64,000 nt of DNA from Sedimentisphaerales bacterium. GTDB lineage: Bacteria > Planctomycetota > Phycisphaerae > Sedimentisphaerales > SM23-30. The notes beneath the pieces were generated by a model. It was not told the origin of the DNA. It searched no databases and worked only from the letters and a program-made list of their open reading frames with translations. Position 1 is the stretch's first letter; every line of letters begins with the position of its first letter. Below, in pieces: positions 45,392 to 56,530 of the stretch. Position numbers and translations under genes: made by a program. The stretch is taken from NCBI GenBank assembly GCA_963662515.1, contig OY759675.1, positions 2,185,981 through 2,249,980 of the forward strand, in the 5' to 3' direction.

Positions 45392-47983
45392 TTATTCTAC
45401 CACTACCTCATATATTCCCCCGGAATAGTTTTCCTGTAATTTCACTTCAATACGAATAGAATCAGTCACAACCGGATCAAATACGGCCGCATTGAATATT
45501 CCGACCTGTGTATCAAAGCCCTGAGAATTGCGCACCGGCTGGAAACTGTCATTTTCATTACGGTAGAAAAGCTTCCAGGATTCCGGCACCCGGCACTGGC
45601 CCTTACCGGTATCATCAAACCAGAAAACAGCAACAGATGAAATACTCTTTTTGCCCCCAAGGTCCATTTCGAGCCATTGCTTGTTGCCTTTCATGGGCCA
45701 CCAGGTATGTCGGGCAATATCAGGCTGCCGTTCGGTCGGTACCAGCCCATCTTTAACCGCCATAGGGTCATCTTTCTCATAACAACTGGAACAACGAACC
45801 GAAGGTATTTCTTCCTTAACCCAGACATTGGCATCAGGTCCTTCGCCAATAACCGGAAATGCTGATATGCGTAAACGGGCAGCTCCCATCGGGATAAGGC
45901 TGATAGTTTCTACCGGCTCATCAGAAGCTACCGGGCTGTCCTGAAGCAGACCACACAGGCCGTAACGGTCAATCGTCCACTGGGGTATCCGTTTTGCTTT
46001 AACGGTTACTGTCAGAGGAACTGAATCGGTGGTGAAGGGGTAATTATCTGCCGGCCACTGCTTCCTGATTATGGTAAATGAACGGGCAGGATCATTCTTA
46101 TCAAGGATCAGGCCATAATTCCAGGCATTATCAGCATGGATCTCATAAGAAGGCCAGAGAGACTTATTTACACCTTCCTGCCACTTAGAATCCCAGATCG
46201 CAGTTTCATCACTGGGGTATGCATCATATCTTTCTTTAATTTTCAGAGAGAGGGTAAGCGGGCCATAATTAACACTTACGCTATTATGATTCTTTTCCCA
46301 GGTCTTAACCTTAAGAGTCATGGGCATATTGTAAGAAATAAAATCGCCTTTCTGCCAGAGTCGTTCAATTTTAATGAGCTCACCGCCGGTTGGCTTAACT
46401 GCCAGCGGCTCACCGTTCAGACTGACCGTTGCCCCATTACACCAGGAAGGAACTCTGATATAAAGCGGGAAGGAAACCGCCTTTTCAGATTCGACAGTTA
46501 TCTTAACATCCTCTTCAAAAGGATAATTGCTATCCTGTACTAATTTAACCTCTGTACCATCTCCGGCTTTAGCAGTTACAGTATTACTGCAAAACATTAC
46601 AGCACAAAGACCATTATCAGGAGTTGCCATCCAGAGGTTTTCTGCATAATAGGGCCAGCCATGTGAATGATTATGCTGACAGCAGCGACTGCTGAAAGGA
46701 TTCATCATCAAAAACGGCCCGCCATTATCAATACCGGGATGATGATTATCCTGATCGCAGCGAACCATATTGGGAGCGGTAAGATAACGCAAAGCCTTAA
46801 AATCACTGGTAAATGCCGTTGTGTAGGTATTAAAAGCCACTTCCTCGCAATGGTCAGCCCAAAAAACATCTCCGGTAATGGCAAACATGCGTTCATCAGA
46901 TTGCATATGCTCTACCAATCCGCAGGTTTCAACTGCCTGCCGGGGATCATCATAACCTGAACGGCTGTTTTCATCACCGCCCCACATTCCACCGGGTACC
47001 TGACCATACATCTCACGAATTTTGGCAAAATTATTATATGCGGCCTGTAAATGCTTTGGATCTTTGGTCTGAAGATAGTAGAAAGCAGGCTCAAGGAAAC
47101 CCTGAGCAATATTTACATTATGCCAGTTGGGCAGATCATTTTCCATGCACCAGTTTGCCGTACAACGATGTATCTTTTCAACCAGATCAAGCAGCCATGC
47201 TTCACCAGTCCTATTATAAAGCCATTGAATACTGTAAATATTATCGCCACCACGCATCCTGTCCCAATAACCGGTAAGCATATGCTCATCTGGGATCGAG
47301 AGTTGATGTTTGAAATATTTGCTCATCAGGTCGAGCACCCGCTGATCGGGATTATATTCATAATAAGACTGCAAACAGTAAAGCATGATCATGTTTGACC
47401 AGTAATCGCGATCACCGTTGCCATGACGCTGGTCAGGGCCAAAATCACCATTATCCCGCTGACTGGCCAATGCGGCCTCTATCCATACCAAAGCCTCATC
47501 TATTATCTTCTTATCATCAAGGATATAGCCCAGATTGGCAAACCCCTTGAGCCAGTACGGCACTTCTTCCCAGCCCCATTGGCCTTTACCATCTGGAGCC
47601 AGCCAGGCATTACCTTCTTTCTGCAACCAGGCACTGACACTACCAAGCTGGCCGGTCAGGCCATCACGCTGACGATTAAGAAACTCGCCCACCCAACCGG
47701 CAGGCTTGACCGCCGTTACCGGCAACTTTATAAAAACACTGGGAGCCAGGGGCGCCCGGTTACTGACATAAAAAGAATTAGTGCCGGACATATCCGGGAG
47801 CTTTACCACAGAGGCAACTGTCTTACTCTGCTCATTAATTGCAGATGTCTCAGAAGAAACAGCCCGATCAGAGCCTTTAACTGAAATCTCACCCTGCTGG
47901 CCCTGTTTTTTATCACAGCCTGCATTGAAGATGAGTGTACAACAAATGAGTATTATGCCATACGCTACTTTTTTTTGATTCAT
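45392..47983 (-). CDS. Lipoprotein-type glycoside hydrolase of the DUF1680 / GH127-GH146 (beta-L-arabinofuranosidase-like) family with a C-terminal discoidin/F5-8-type-C-like domain
   Basis: It has the signal/lipobox 'LIFNAGC'. 'AVETCGL' and 'SSRCCQHNHSHGWPYY' resemble the Glu/Cys-Zn motifs of GH127. The C-terminal 'KQWLEMDLGGKKSISSVAVFWFDD...' is a discoidin-like pattern. Confidence 0.6.
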   Translation of the reverse strand: MNQKKVAYGIILICCTLIFNAGCDKKQGQQGEISVKGSDRAVSSETSAINEQSKTVASVVKLPDMSGTNSFYVSNRAPLAPSVFIKLPVTAVKPAGWVGEFLNRQRDGLTGQLGSVSAWLQKEGNAWLAPDGKGQWGWEEVPYWLKGFANLGYILDDKKIIDEALVWIEAALASQRDNGDFGPDQRHGNGDRDYWSNMIMLYCLQSYYEYNPDQRVLDLMSKYFKHQLSIPDEHMLTGYWDRMRGGDNIYSIQWLYNRTGEAWLLDLVEKIHRCTANWCMENDLPNWHNVNIAQGFLEPAFYYLQTKDPKHLQAAYNNFAKIREMYGQVPGGMWGGDENSRSGYDDPRQAVETCGLVEHMQSDERMFAITGDVFWADHCEEVAFNTYTTAFTSDFKALRYLTAPNMVRCDQDNHHPGIDNGGPFLMMNPFSSRCCQHNHSHGWPYYAENLWMATPDNGLCAVMFCSNTVTAKAGDGTEVKLVQDSNYPFEEDVKITVESEKAVSFPLYIRVPSWCNGATVSLNGEPLAVKPTGGELIKIERLWQKGDFISYNMPMTLKVKTWEKNHNSVSVNYGPLTLSLKIKERYDAYPSDETAIWDSKWQEGVNKSLWPSYEIHADNAWNYGLILDKNDPARSFTIIRKQWPADNYPFTTDSVPLTVTVKAKRIPQWTIDRYGLCGLLQDSPVASDEPVETISLIPMGAARLRISAFPVIGEGPDANVWVKEEIPSVRCSSCYEKDDPMAVKDGLVPTERQPDIARHTWWPMKGNKQWLEMDLGGKKSISSVAVFWFDDTGKGQCRVPESWKLFYRNENDSFQPVRNSQGFDTQVGIFNAAVFDPVVTDSIRIEVKLQENYSGGIYEVVVE

Positions 47984-48330
47984 AATCTATTTTCCTTATT
48001 AATTGATTCTAAAAACCTTAACGGAAATTACAGACAATTGTACCTGAAGTTCCTATTCAATCTGCATCTGTATTTATTTATATATTGCCAGAACACCCCC
48101 ATAAAGGCTGATACTTATTGGCTATCATTGATTATTTATATCTTGAATATAAATTTAACAGGCCCAGGGCCAAATGTCCAAGAAAAACACCCCATTCCAA
48201 CACATGAATAATTAGAACCCCGAATCAAACTGAACAATAATAAAATATAACAGTTCACTCATACGAAAAATTATCTTTTTTATTGCACTTTATACGAAAA
48301 AATATTTTGGCCGAGCCAGATATATTTTAT

Positions 48331-48375
48331 AAAAAAAACAAGACCAGAACGGAAGTTTCGTCCTGGTCTTGTTTT
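48331..48375 (-). terminator. Rho-independent terminator of tkt
   Basis: ACAAGACCAG...CTGGTCTTGT forms an extended stem, and an A8 run on the + strand gives a U-run on the transcript. Confidence 0.8.
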
Positions 48376-48397
48376 AATATGTAACAAATATCAGAGA

Positions 48398-50410
48398 TTA
48401 CTGGTTGTTTGCTATAACCTCTTTAGCAGCATCTACTACCGCACTGGTAGTAATATTAAAGTATTCAAAACATTTTTTAGCCGGTCCGGAAATACCAAAG
48501 CCGGTCATACCAACAAACTTGCCATCAAGGCCGATGTATTTATGCCAGCCCTGATCAATACCTGCTTCCACAGCTACGCGAGCCCGAACTGATGGCGGTA
48601 TTATTGCATCTTTATAGGCCTTATCCTGTTTATCAAAGACATCAAGCGATGGCATAGAGACAACCCGAGCTTTGATATTTTCTTTGGCCAGCTCAGCAGC
48701 AGCGGCAACGGCCAGCTCAACTTCAGAACCGGTAGCCAACAGCAGAACATCAGGCTCAGCCTGATCAACAACTATATACGCACCACGAGCTACACCCTCT
48801 TTACCATTATCTTTTGATGCCTGCATATTCGGCAAATTCTGGCGAGTAAGGCACAGTGCAACAGGTCCATCATTATTCTTCAGGGCATACTGCCAGGCAT
48901 AAGCTGTTTCAAAGGAATCTGCCGGACGAAATACTGTCATGCCCGGCATAGCACGCATTGATGCAATCTGTTCAACCGGCTGATGGGTCGGCCCATCTTC
49001 GCCCACACCAATACTGTCATGCGTATAGACATAAATAACCGGATGCTTGCTGATAGCTGCAACCCGCATCGCCCCACGCAAATAATCACTGAACACCAGG
49101 AATGTACTGCCGTAAACCTTGAGAAGTCTTGTTGCTGCTATACCGTTCATGATCGCTCCCATGGCATGCTCACGCACACCAAAGCGTAAATAGCGTCCCT
49201 GCGGCGTTGCCTTCTGGAAATCTGTCATACCGGGCCAGTTGGTAAGATTGGAACCAGTCAGGTCAGCACTACCACCAAGCATCAGGGCGGTATCCGGCAT
49301 AAACGAACCTATAGCCATCTGCGAAGCCTTACGAGTAGCAATACTGTCACCCACCTTGAAATCCGGCATTACTTTATCAGCATCAAAATCAAGCTTACCG
49401 GCAATAGCAGCACCTAACTTGACAGCCAGCTCCGGATACTTAGCCTTATAAGCATTATATATATCATTCCAGGCCTGCTGGGCCTTAGTACCCTTATCGA
49501 GGCAGTTCATGTGACTGGCAACTTCAGCAGGTACATAAAAACTCTTATCCGGATCCCAGCCAAAGCCCTGCTTAACCAGCCTAATCTCATCAGCTCCCAA
49601 AGGTGCTCCATGACATTTTTCCTGACCGGCCAGGTTTGGACTGCCAAAACCAATAATGGTCTTTATTTTAATCAGGGTCGGCTTGTTTTTCTCTGCCTTG
49701 GCCTTTTCAATTGCAGATGAAATAGCAGATACATCATTGCCATCACCCGGCACTTCAATTACCTGCCAGTCAAAGGCCTCAAAGCGTTTAACAACATCTT
49801 CGGTAAAGGAAACTTCCGTCTCACCATCAATTGTAATGCCGTTATCATCATATAAGACAATAAGCTTACCCAGACCAAGGTGTCCAGCCAGAGAAGCCGC
49901 CTCAGAAGAAATACCCTCCTGCAGGCAACCATCACCACAAATAACAAAAGTATTAAAATCGAAAAGATCAAATCCAGCTTTGTTAAATGTTGCAGCAAGA
50001 TACTGCTGAGCAATAGCCATACCGACGCCATTGGCTATACCCTGCCCCAGCGGGCCGGTGGTAACTTCAACGCCGGGTGTATGACCAAATTCCGGGTGCC
50101 CCGGTGTCTTACTGCCTATCTGGCGAAAGTTTTTGAGATCATCAATTGACAGATCATATCCGGTAAGATGCAAAAGAGAATATATCAATGTACTGCCATG
50201 GCCGGCAGAAAGTATAAACCTGTCACGGTTAACCCAATCAGGATCGGCTGGGTTATGCTTCATAACCTTACTCCAGAGCAGATATGCAGGTGTTGCCATT
50301 CCCATGGGCATGCCGGGATGGCCGCTATTGGCAGCCTGCACTGCATCTGCCGCGAGCAAACGGATCGTATCGGCACATAAAACATCTATATTCTGACTTG
50401 CATTTGTCAT
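48398..50410 (-). CDS. tkt: Transketolase
   Basis: It has 'SGHPGMPMGMA', 'GDGCLQEGIS' and 'THDSIGVGEDGPTHQPVEQ', and its 670-aa length fits. Confidence 0.93.
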   Translation of the reverse strand: MTNASQNIDVLCADTIRLLAADAVQAANSGHPGMPMGMATPAYLLWSKVMKHNPADPDWVNRDRFILSAGHGSTLIYSLLHLTGYDLSIDDLKNFRQIGSKTPGHPEFGHTPGVEVTTGPLGQGIANGVGMAIAQQYLAATFNKAGFDLFDFNTFVICGDGCLQEGISSEAASLAGHLGLGKLIVLYDDNGITIDGETEVSFTEDVVKRFEAFDWQVIEVPGDGNDVSAISSAIEKAKAEKNKPTLIKIKTIIGFGSPNLAGQEKCHGAPLGADEIRLVKQGFGWDPDKSFYVPAEVASHMNCLDKGTKAQQAWNDIYNAYKAKYPELAVKLGAAIAGKLDFDADKVMPDFKVGDSIATRKASQMAIGSFMPDTALMLGGSADLTGSNLTNWPGMTDFQKATPQGRYLRFGVREHAMGAIMNGIAATRLLKVYGSTFLVFSDYLRGAMRVAAISKHPVIYVYTHDSIGVGEDGPTHQPVEQIASMRAMPGMTVFRPADSFETAYAWQYALKNNDGPVALCLTRQNLPNMQASKDNGKEGVARGAYIVVDQAEPDVLLLATGSEVELAVAAAAELAKENIKARVVSMPSLDVFDKQDKAYKDAIIPPSVRARVAVEAGIDQGWHKYIGLDGKFVGMTGFGISGPAKKCFEYFNITTSAVVDAAKEVIANNQ

Positions 50411-50762
50411 CGGTCTAAAACCTCCTGGTTGTCTCTGGCAGGATACTTACAATACCTGACAGAAAATGTAAACTATGTTCATTTCTATCCTATTAACTGA
50501 ACTGCACATAATACATTGACCGCAATAGCAAATCAAGTACGATCTTGGTTATTTTCAACCCTTTTTGCGAAATACAATAACCATATTCCGCAACAGGTAG
50601 TCATGCTGACAATATCTTGTTTTAATACAAATAGTTACATTAAGAATAAACGCTACTAAAACTGGTTATTTTTTGAAGCAATTAACCATTTTATCACACA
50701 GATAACCAGCTATTGAGCGTCAGGAACGCCAGACAAATCCTTATATCCAGACTCCAGCGATA

Positions 50763-53700
50763 TCAATTCCCCGGCGAAGGTAACCCGCCAGTCCAGTTTT
50801 CCGGCTCATTGGCATAGCCGTTATCAACCAGACGAATAAGCGAATAGCCACTGCCATCGGCCTCGGTTGGCCAGGGCGCATCATCGCTATAATTAACACG
50901 ATCAGCTCTGATATAAGTCCGGATATCACCATCAAGCTCACCCGGTATCTGCAATTCGACCTTTTCCCCGGAATTTGATAGCTTTCCTGCCGTCCACTGC
51001 ATATATCTTGTATAAGGCGAAAGCGGGCCATACTCCTGTACAAAAGCTGAAATATCTTTTATCAGCAGAAATTTTTCACCTCTCAATAAAGTTACATTTG
51101 TTGGCAATACCGCCATTACACCATCTTCATCGATCAGACGCCAGGGCATAATTTCAGCAGTTACCGGATCTATAAATCGCAGTTGTAATGAAGCTGCCGA
51201 TATATTTTTTAGCTCGATATATTCAGCATCTGAATCGCCAGCCGGGTTATACATTATCTCAGAAATGACTAATGGACTGGTACGGGGCCAGGAATTGGCT
51301 CGTCCGGGAGTTGCCTCCAACAATAAGATAAAATTAAATGAGCCATCACTTTTCTGATAACGGCCATATGAAACTCCTTGCGGAGCTGCATCAAAATCTT
51401 CAGATACCTGATAGCCGGTAAGCACTCCATTTACCGCCGAGCTAAGAGTAAGATCTTCACCAAACTTGCTCAGACCAAAACTTGAACCGAAACTAGTCTC
51501 ATCATATAACACAAGATAACCATCTGCAGGAACAACAGTTCCCTGTTCTATCTGATATTTGAGCAGATCAGAGCTTGAATCACTTAAATACCAACCACCA
51601 ATATTTATCGGCTTAGAGGTATTATTCTTCAACTCAATCCAATCAGGCATACCATCCTCCGGATTTGACATCACCTCATTGATCACAATACTGTTACCAG
51701 TAATAGCCTCATCCAGCTCACCTGGCGATCCGCCGGCATAAGTACTCACAGCCCAGCTTTCTTTCTTATTCCAGAGAGATAGGTCACCCTGAGTAGGGTC
51801 TGGTATATTTATAGAAAAACCCTTTCCATCAGTCAGGTCATACCAATCGTTAAACTCAAAGTTCTGTATTACCTCACCGCTGGCATCACAGAAGACTATA
51901 TATTCGCCAGCATTATTTAAAGATCCCGAATCCCATTGCATAACAATAATATCTGCAGGTAAATCAGGATATCTGCCAGCAAAAGCGACACTATCCTGAG
52001 TAAGCACAATAAACTGATCAGGAACTAGCCAGAGATCACCAAAAGTATGGTTTATACCCTTATTAAAAGATACTTTATTAAGATTAACCGCTCTTTGTCC
52101 AATATTGCGGATCTCAAGATACTCCACCCCGTTAAGCTCAGGATGATACATCAACTCAGTAATACGCAGACTTTCACTAACCGGACCAACAGAATAAAAT
52201 GCCTTAGTAACCGGCGACCATTCTACACCATCAAACACACGGGTATTGATCTCACTGCTAATATCAAGCGTTATCGGAGATGTGTATTCTATGGCATGCT
52301 CAGCAACCTGCCCAGGATCCTCAACACCAGCAACCAACACCGCAGATATAAGCATATCGCTACTGCCAGCATCATCATTCAAACCCTGTATAGCAAGAAC
52401 ATTATTGCCATTGCGTAATAGGCCGATATGCCGACTGATATCAACCTGGGTCATGGCTATTGATATACTGTCATCACGAGGCGTATCTGCCTGTGAATTA
52501 TAGTTTAGCAACACACCATCAACATTATCTCTAAACACTTCTACACCATTAAGATAGACCACACAGCCATCATCATAACGCAAATTCAATTTCAAACTGT
52601 TAATGTCAGCACTTGCAAAGTTAAATGGTATTCTGATATAGCAGGATGTTGCTTTATTATACATCTGACTCTGAAGGTTAATGCCTGCATTAATATAACT
52701 GGAATAGTTTATTGAATCTCCCGGCCGGTTCTCATAACCAACTGCCCCTGTACCATTGATCCAGCTGGTAGGGACATAATTCACAGAAGCCCAGATGTTT
52801 TCCGGAACTGAAAGATATTGACCGGGAATGATTATCGGCCCGCTTATACCCGGACCAGACCAGCCTACATTAAGATTATCGGCTCCACTACCCTCTTTAT
52901 GCAAAGCCTCGAGATAGTATGGCTTGTTATATTCAAGATAGATTTGTTCTGATTGCTGACTGCCATCCTTATACCATTCATTACTATATGACCAGGTTGT
53001 CAGATAAGCAATTTCAACAGCATTAGCCGGACTTGCATCAGAACTTAACCTGAGACTGCTATTATCATCACTGGTTATCCAGAATGTATAGTAGCCAGTA
53101 GCCGGAGGATACAATATGGCCCGAACTCTTGTTCCATAATTATCATTATGGTCAATAGCAGGCATTGCCAGCGAAGGCCATAGCTCTCTGTAGTTTGGAT
53201 TTGCTGGATAATTAACCGATGAAGTCAGGGCCGAAAGAGCATTGCCCTGTATGTTGTTATAAACCTCTGCCAGTACATTACCAGTGGGTTTCATTATATT
53301 GGCCGTAGGTACCAAAACATATTTAAAGGCATTTTCCGCTACTAATACCGTTTCTGTAACATTGATATTGTCTGGCAACTCTCGTGGGTCAGAACCATCA
53401 GTAGTATAATATACCACCCCCCTGCCATTAGGATTAGACATAGTAAGCTGGTAACCAGTTTCAACCTTACCACCATAACTGCTTAACACAGTTGATTCCA
53501 GATCAGAATACCAGCCTACCGAACGAAACTGTTCTTTCAATCTTTGTTCTCTGGGATACTTTGGCCAATCCTGCCTGGCATTTAATGTACCATTGGTTGA
53601 CAGTGTACTACTGGTGCCATTAATCCAGTTATAGGTAAATTGCAGGGCATCGAGCCAGTTGGCCTTTGTCCGTGGTACTGAGCTGGTCGAATCACCCCAA

Positions 53701-56369
53701 CGGGCAGACTCCGCTACAATAGCCATATCTAACTGACTGGCAAGACTGTTCATAGTTTCACATGCTTTTTCATGAGTAAGCAAACCGCCATTATCCAGCA
53801 AGGCATGAACTCTATCTGCAAATCTCATACGATACTCAATAACATTATTTGCCAACTGCTCATGTAGCCATTGCGGATTAAAATAGACAAAGTTTGCACC
53901 ATCTGTTGTCAGTGGTGTAACCATATTTTCCCGACATGAGTTATTCAGGCTGTAAACTGAAAATGAATGTTCACTGTCATGCTGCAACCATTTAAAACCA
54001 TCAGGATCAGTACGATTAAATATTGCAGTGAAATTATTAGTATAGGTAAAACGAGAGCCAGGCCCATCATAGTCTGCTGTAAAGTAATCTATAAGCATAA
54101 AATCAATAAGATTATCTACATCCAGTAGTCGTTTATATGACGCATTTACAGTGGCATCAGGATTCATACCTTGTAATCTGAAATATTCATTTGTATCTAA
54201 ACCATCAATTACTGCATCATACAATTCTCTATAACTACTGTTATTCCCTTCGGCGGCTAAAACATGGTAGTTATAGGCTACATCAACCTTCATTACATCA
54301 TAGTCTTCTCTGGCACCACCCATATATGATGCGGCAAAGCGTGCATCTGCCCTTTCTTCAGTCTGATACACACCCCAATACTGACCATTAATGTACAGAT
54401 GATAATAACGGCCTTTAGTATAAAGATTCCCCAGCTTGCCTTGCACTAACCTTGACCACTCATCGCGAGTAAAGGTATTCAGATAACCATTTGTGCTATC
54501 ATAATGCCAGCTGTAATTTGCAGCTGTACGCAGATCAATCTTATCAAATTCATCTGTGCCCTCATCGCCAAAAAGTGGATATTTGAGCTTTGCATCACCA
54601 TACATACTGCGGAAAAAGAAACGCAGAGCATGCTTGGGATTTGACGAACTACGACTGTAACCACCTCGCAAACGAACACCGCAATCTACCTGAAATCCAT
54701 CGCTGCCATCAGGATTAATCAATTCAAGCGAAACTGGCTTTTCATATTTGTCGCCGTTAATTCTTGTATCAGCCGATGTACAGACATATACACCATTTGT
54801 TGAATTAAATAAATTACTAAGATCAGTAACCAGTGACAATGTAGGAATGGCCAATAAGGCATCATCCATCAGATCGGCATATTGGGCATTATTAACTATG
54901 TCTGGATCCATGCCATAATCCATTTTATGATTATTAACTGCATAACTATTTGGCCACCCAGTTGGGGTCTGGCCATTGGGAGACTGTGTTATTACATCAT
55001 TAATAAAGATATATGTCTGGGTCTCAACATTACTGGGTAACCAGCCCGTTTTGAAGGCAGCCGCCCGCAGCGTTGTTGTTCTATCGATATAAATCGGATT
55101 ATCTGGATCATATATATATCCTTTACTTTCCGTTGGTGTGCTACCATTAAGTGTATAGCGTATAACAGTACCGCTTTCTTTTGTAGATAGTCGAACTGTG
55201 ATCGGTTCATTGAAAAAACCTCGCTTAAGTGAAAAGACTATATCGGCAACAGTACCAATAACCGAGTTAATATTGGCTGCCCCTGGTGTCGCCGGATAAA
55301 AATATCTCTGCTGAGTGAAATAACCGAACATACCATAAGAAATATTCTCTTGCTGAGCAGGAAATCCCCCTTCATCAGTATTAAACTCATGAATAATTTT
55401 CCCTGTTGGATCAACTATTGCCAGACACTCACCTTCAGAGCTCAATGAAAAATTAGTATGAATAAACCCTGACTCAGCAGTATCTTTACCACTGGCATAA
55501 ATAATAAGATAACCATTTGCAGCAATAGTCTGGCCGGCAGGGAAATGCCACTTGTAAATATCTTCACTATCATCAGTAAGGCTCCAGCCTGTAAGATCAA
55601 CCGTCTCCGAACTGACATTATACAATTCTATCCAGTCAACCGAGTCGCCATCTTCATCAAATACTTCCCAGCTCTCTCGCGGCAATTCAGGATCTGTACT
55701 ATTATTAACCGCAACAAATTCATTTATCAATACGGGGCCAAAAGACTCGCCCCACTCGCTGGCCATAACGCTAAAGTCCTGAATATCCACGCCATCCCCC
55801 CCTGATATATCGGCACAAGGAAGACCTGAACAGTTACTATCCAGCCATTGTACTGCCAAAATTTGCAGATCGGCAATACTTACCCTGCAATCTCCATCTA
55901 TATCGTAAGCAGGACAAGGCGATAACACAGAATCTGATATATACACAGTTATATCACTAATCATATATCCATTATATAAAGGATCATCACTTTCTACCAA
56001 AAAGCTCAGAGTCGTTGTATGCTCACCTTCTTCTATGCCATCCTGAACCGCTCTTATTGTCACTTCCTGAGCTTCGGACCAGTTAAGACGGGTGAAATAT
56101 AAAAGTATGGCATCACCAGGAAAATCACCATTGAGTTCAAGATCGGCAGTTGCAGGAATAATTTCAATACTAATATCTGCCAACGGCTGGCTATCGAGCC
56201 TGACTGATATAATATCTGCTTGCTGACCCTCTGATACATTAGTAATTGCGTCAGATTCCCAGACTGAAATACCAGCAGCAGATAGTTCCTGTGATATAAA
56301 AGCAACCCAGGCCAATACCAGACATAAATACACTTTTAAACCTGAATTATCTATATACATAATCAACAC
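50763..56369 (-). CDS. Giant secreted CotH-domain protein (1868 aa) with Calx-beta-like, dockerin-like, 4 lamin-tail (LTD), CHB_HEX_C-like and PA14 domains; paralogue A
   Basis: It has a signal peptide. The dockerin-like loops read 'YDIDGDCRVSIADLQILAVQWLD ... DISGGDGVDIQDFSVMASEWG'. The LTDs read 'VLINEFVA..WIELYNVS', 'LRITELMYHP..YLEIRNIG', 'IVINEVMSNP..WIELKNNT' and 'LVISEIMYNP..YIELKNIS'. The CotH core reads 'KHALRFFF...YPLFGDEG...GRYYHLYINGQYWGVYQTEER...KRLLDVDNLIDFML'. The PA14 segment reads 'YPPATGYYTFWITSDDNSSLRL'. Confidence 0.85.
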   Translation of the reverse strand: MLIMYIDNSGLKVYLCLVLAWVAFISQELSAAGISVWESDAITNVSEGQQADIISVRLDSQPLADISIEIIPATADLELNGDFPGDAILLYFTRLNWSEAQEVTIRAVQDGIEEGEHTTTLSFLVESDDPLYNGYMISDITVYISDSVLSPCPAYDIDGDCRVSIADLQILAVQWLDSNCSGLPCADISGGDGVDIQDFSVMASEWGESFGPVLINEFVAVNNSTDPELPRESWEVFDEDGDSVDWIELYNVSSETVDLTGWSLTDDSEDIYKWHFPAGQTIAANGYLIIYASGKDTAESGFIHTNFSLSSEGECLAIVDPTGKIIHEFNTDEGGFPAQQENISYGMFGYFTQQRYFYPATPGAANINSVIGTVADIVFSLKRGFFNEPITVRLSTKESGTVIRYTLNGSTPTESKGYIYDPDNPIYIDRTTTLRAAAFKTGWLPSNVETQTYIFINDVITQSPNGQTPTGWPNSYAVNNHKMDYGMDPDIVNNAQYADLMDDALLAIPTLSLVTDLSNLFNSTNGVYVCTSADTRINGDKYEKPVSLELINPDGSDGFQVDCGVRLRGGYSRSSSNPKHALRFFFRSMYGDAKLKYPLFGDEGTDEFDKIDLRTAANYSWHYDSTNGYLNTFTRDEWSRLVQGKLGNLYTKGRYYHLYINGQYWGVYQTEERADARFAASYMGGAREDYDVMKVDVAYNYHVLAAEGNNSSYRELYDAVIDGLDTNEYFRLQGMNPDATVNASYKRLLDVDNLIDFMLIDYFTADYDGPGSRFTYTNNFTAIFNRTDPDGFKWLQHDSEHSFSVYSLNNSCRENMVTPLTTDGANFVYFNPQWLHEQLANNVIEYRMRFADRVHALLDNGGLLTHEKACETMNSLASQLDMAIVAESARWGDSTSSVPRTKANWLDALQFTYNWINGTSSTLSTNGTLNARQDWPKYPREQRLKEQFRSVGWYSDLESTVLSSYGGKVETGYQLTMSNPNGRGVVYYTTDGSDPRELPDNINVTETVLVAENAFKYVLVPTANIMKPTGNVLAEVYNNIQGNALSALTSSVNYPANPNYRELWPSLAMPAIDHNDNYGTRVRAILYPPATGYYTFWITSDDNSSLRLSSDASPANAVEIAYLTTWSYSNEWYKDGSQQSEQIYLEYNKPYYLEALHKEGSGADNLNVGWSGPGISGPIIIPGQYLSVPENIWASVNYVPTSWINGTGAVGYENRPGDSINYSSYINAGINLQSQMYNKATSCYIRIPFNFASADINSLKLNLRYDDGCVVYLNGVEVFRDNVDGVLLNYNSQADTPRDDSISIAMTQVDISRHIGLLRNGNNVLAIQGLNDDAGSSDMLISAVLVAGVEDPGQVAEHAIEYTSPITLDISSEINTRVFDGVEWSPVTKAFYSVGPVSESLRITELMYHPELNGVEYLEIRNIGQRAVNLNKVSFNKGINHTFGDLWLVPDQFIVLTQDSVAFAGRYPDLPADIIVMQWDSGSLNNAGEYIVFCDASGEVIQNFEFNDWYDLTDGKGFSINIPDPTQGDLSLWNKKESWAVSTYAGGSPGELDEAITGNSIVINEVMSNPEDGMPDWIELKNNTSKPINIGGWYLSDSSSDLLKYQIEQGTVVPADGYLVLYDETSFGSSFGLSKFGEDLTLSSAVNGVLTGYQVSEDFDAAPQGVSYGRYQKSDGSFNFILLLEATPGRANSWPRTSPLVISEIMYNPAGDSDAEYIELKNISAASLQLRFIDPVTAEIMPWRLIDEDGVMAVLPTNVTLLRGEKFLLIKDISAFVQEYGPLSPYTRYMQWTAGKLSNSGEKVELQIPGELDGDIRTYIRADRVNYSDDAPWPTEADGSGYSLIRLVDNGYANEPENWTGGLPSPGN

Positions 56370-56426
56370 CGCTCCTCAAAATTAGCTCAATAGCACGCTC
56401 TATACTGTTTTTATTAATAACACAAA

Positions 56427-56504
56427 CTCAAGTGCCATTTATTTGCATAAGCAAATATCTGACACTTGAGCCTATATCATAATACTGTATACTTACAGTA
56501 TTAT
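56427..56504 (-). terminator. Two hairpins in the 161-bp spacer between the CotH paralogues (possible terminator of the upstream copy)
   Basis: The first hairpin is CTCAAGTG (56427-56434) with CACTTGAG (56463-56470), with a nested ATTTGC/GCAAAT. The second is ATAATACTGTA (56479-56489) with TACAGTATTAT (56494-56504). The U-tracts are weak. Confidence 0.4.
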
Positions 56505-56530
56505 ATTTGTATATCGAGTATTGGTGGTGT

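Noticed and set aside
50741-51043. A 100-aa ORF overlapping the 3' end of CotH paralogue A in another frame.
   Set aside because: It is on the same strand as the 1868-aa gene, in a different frame, and lies almost wholly within it apart from a 22-nt tail past the stop. It has no independent signals.
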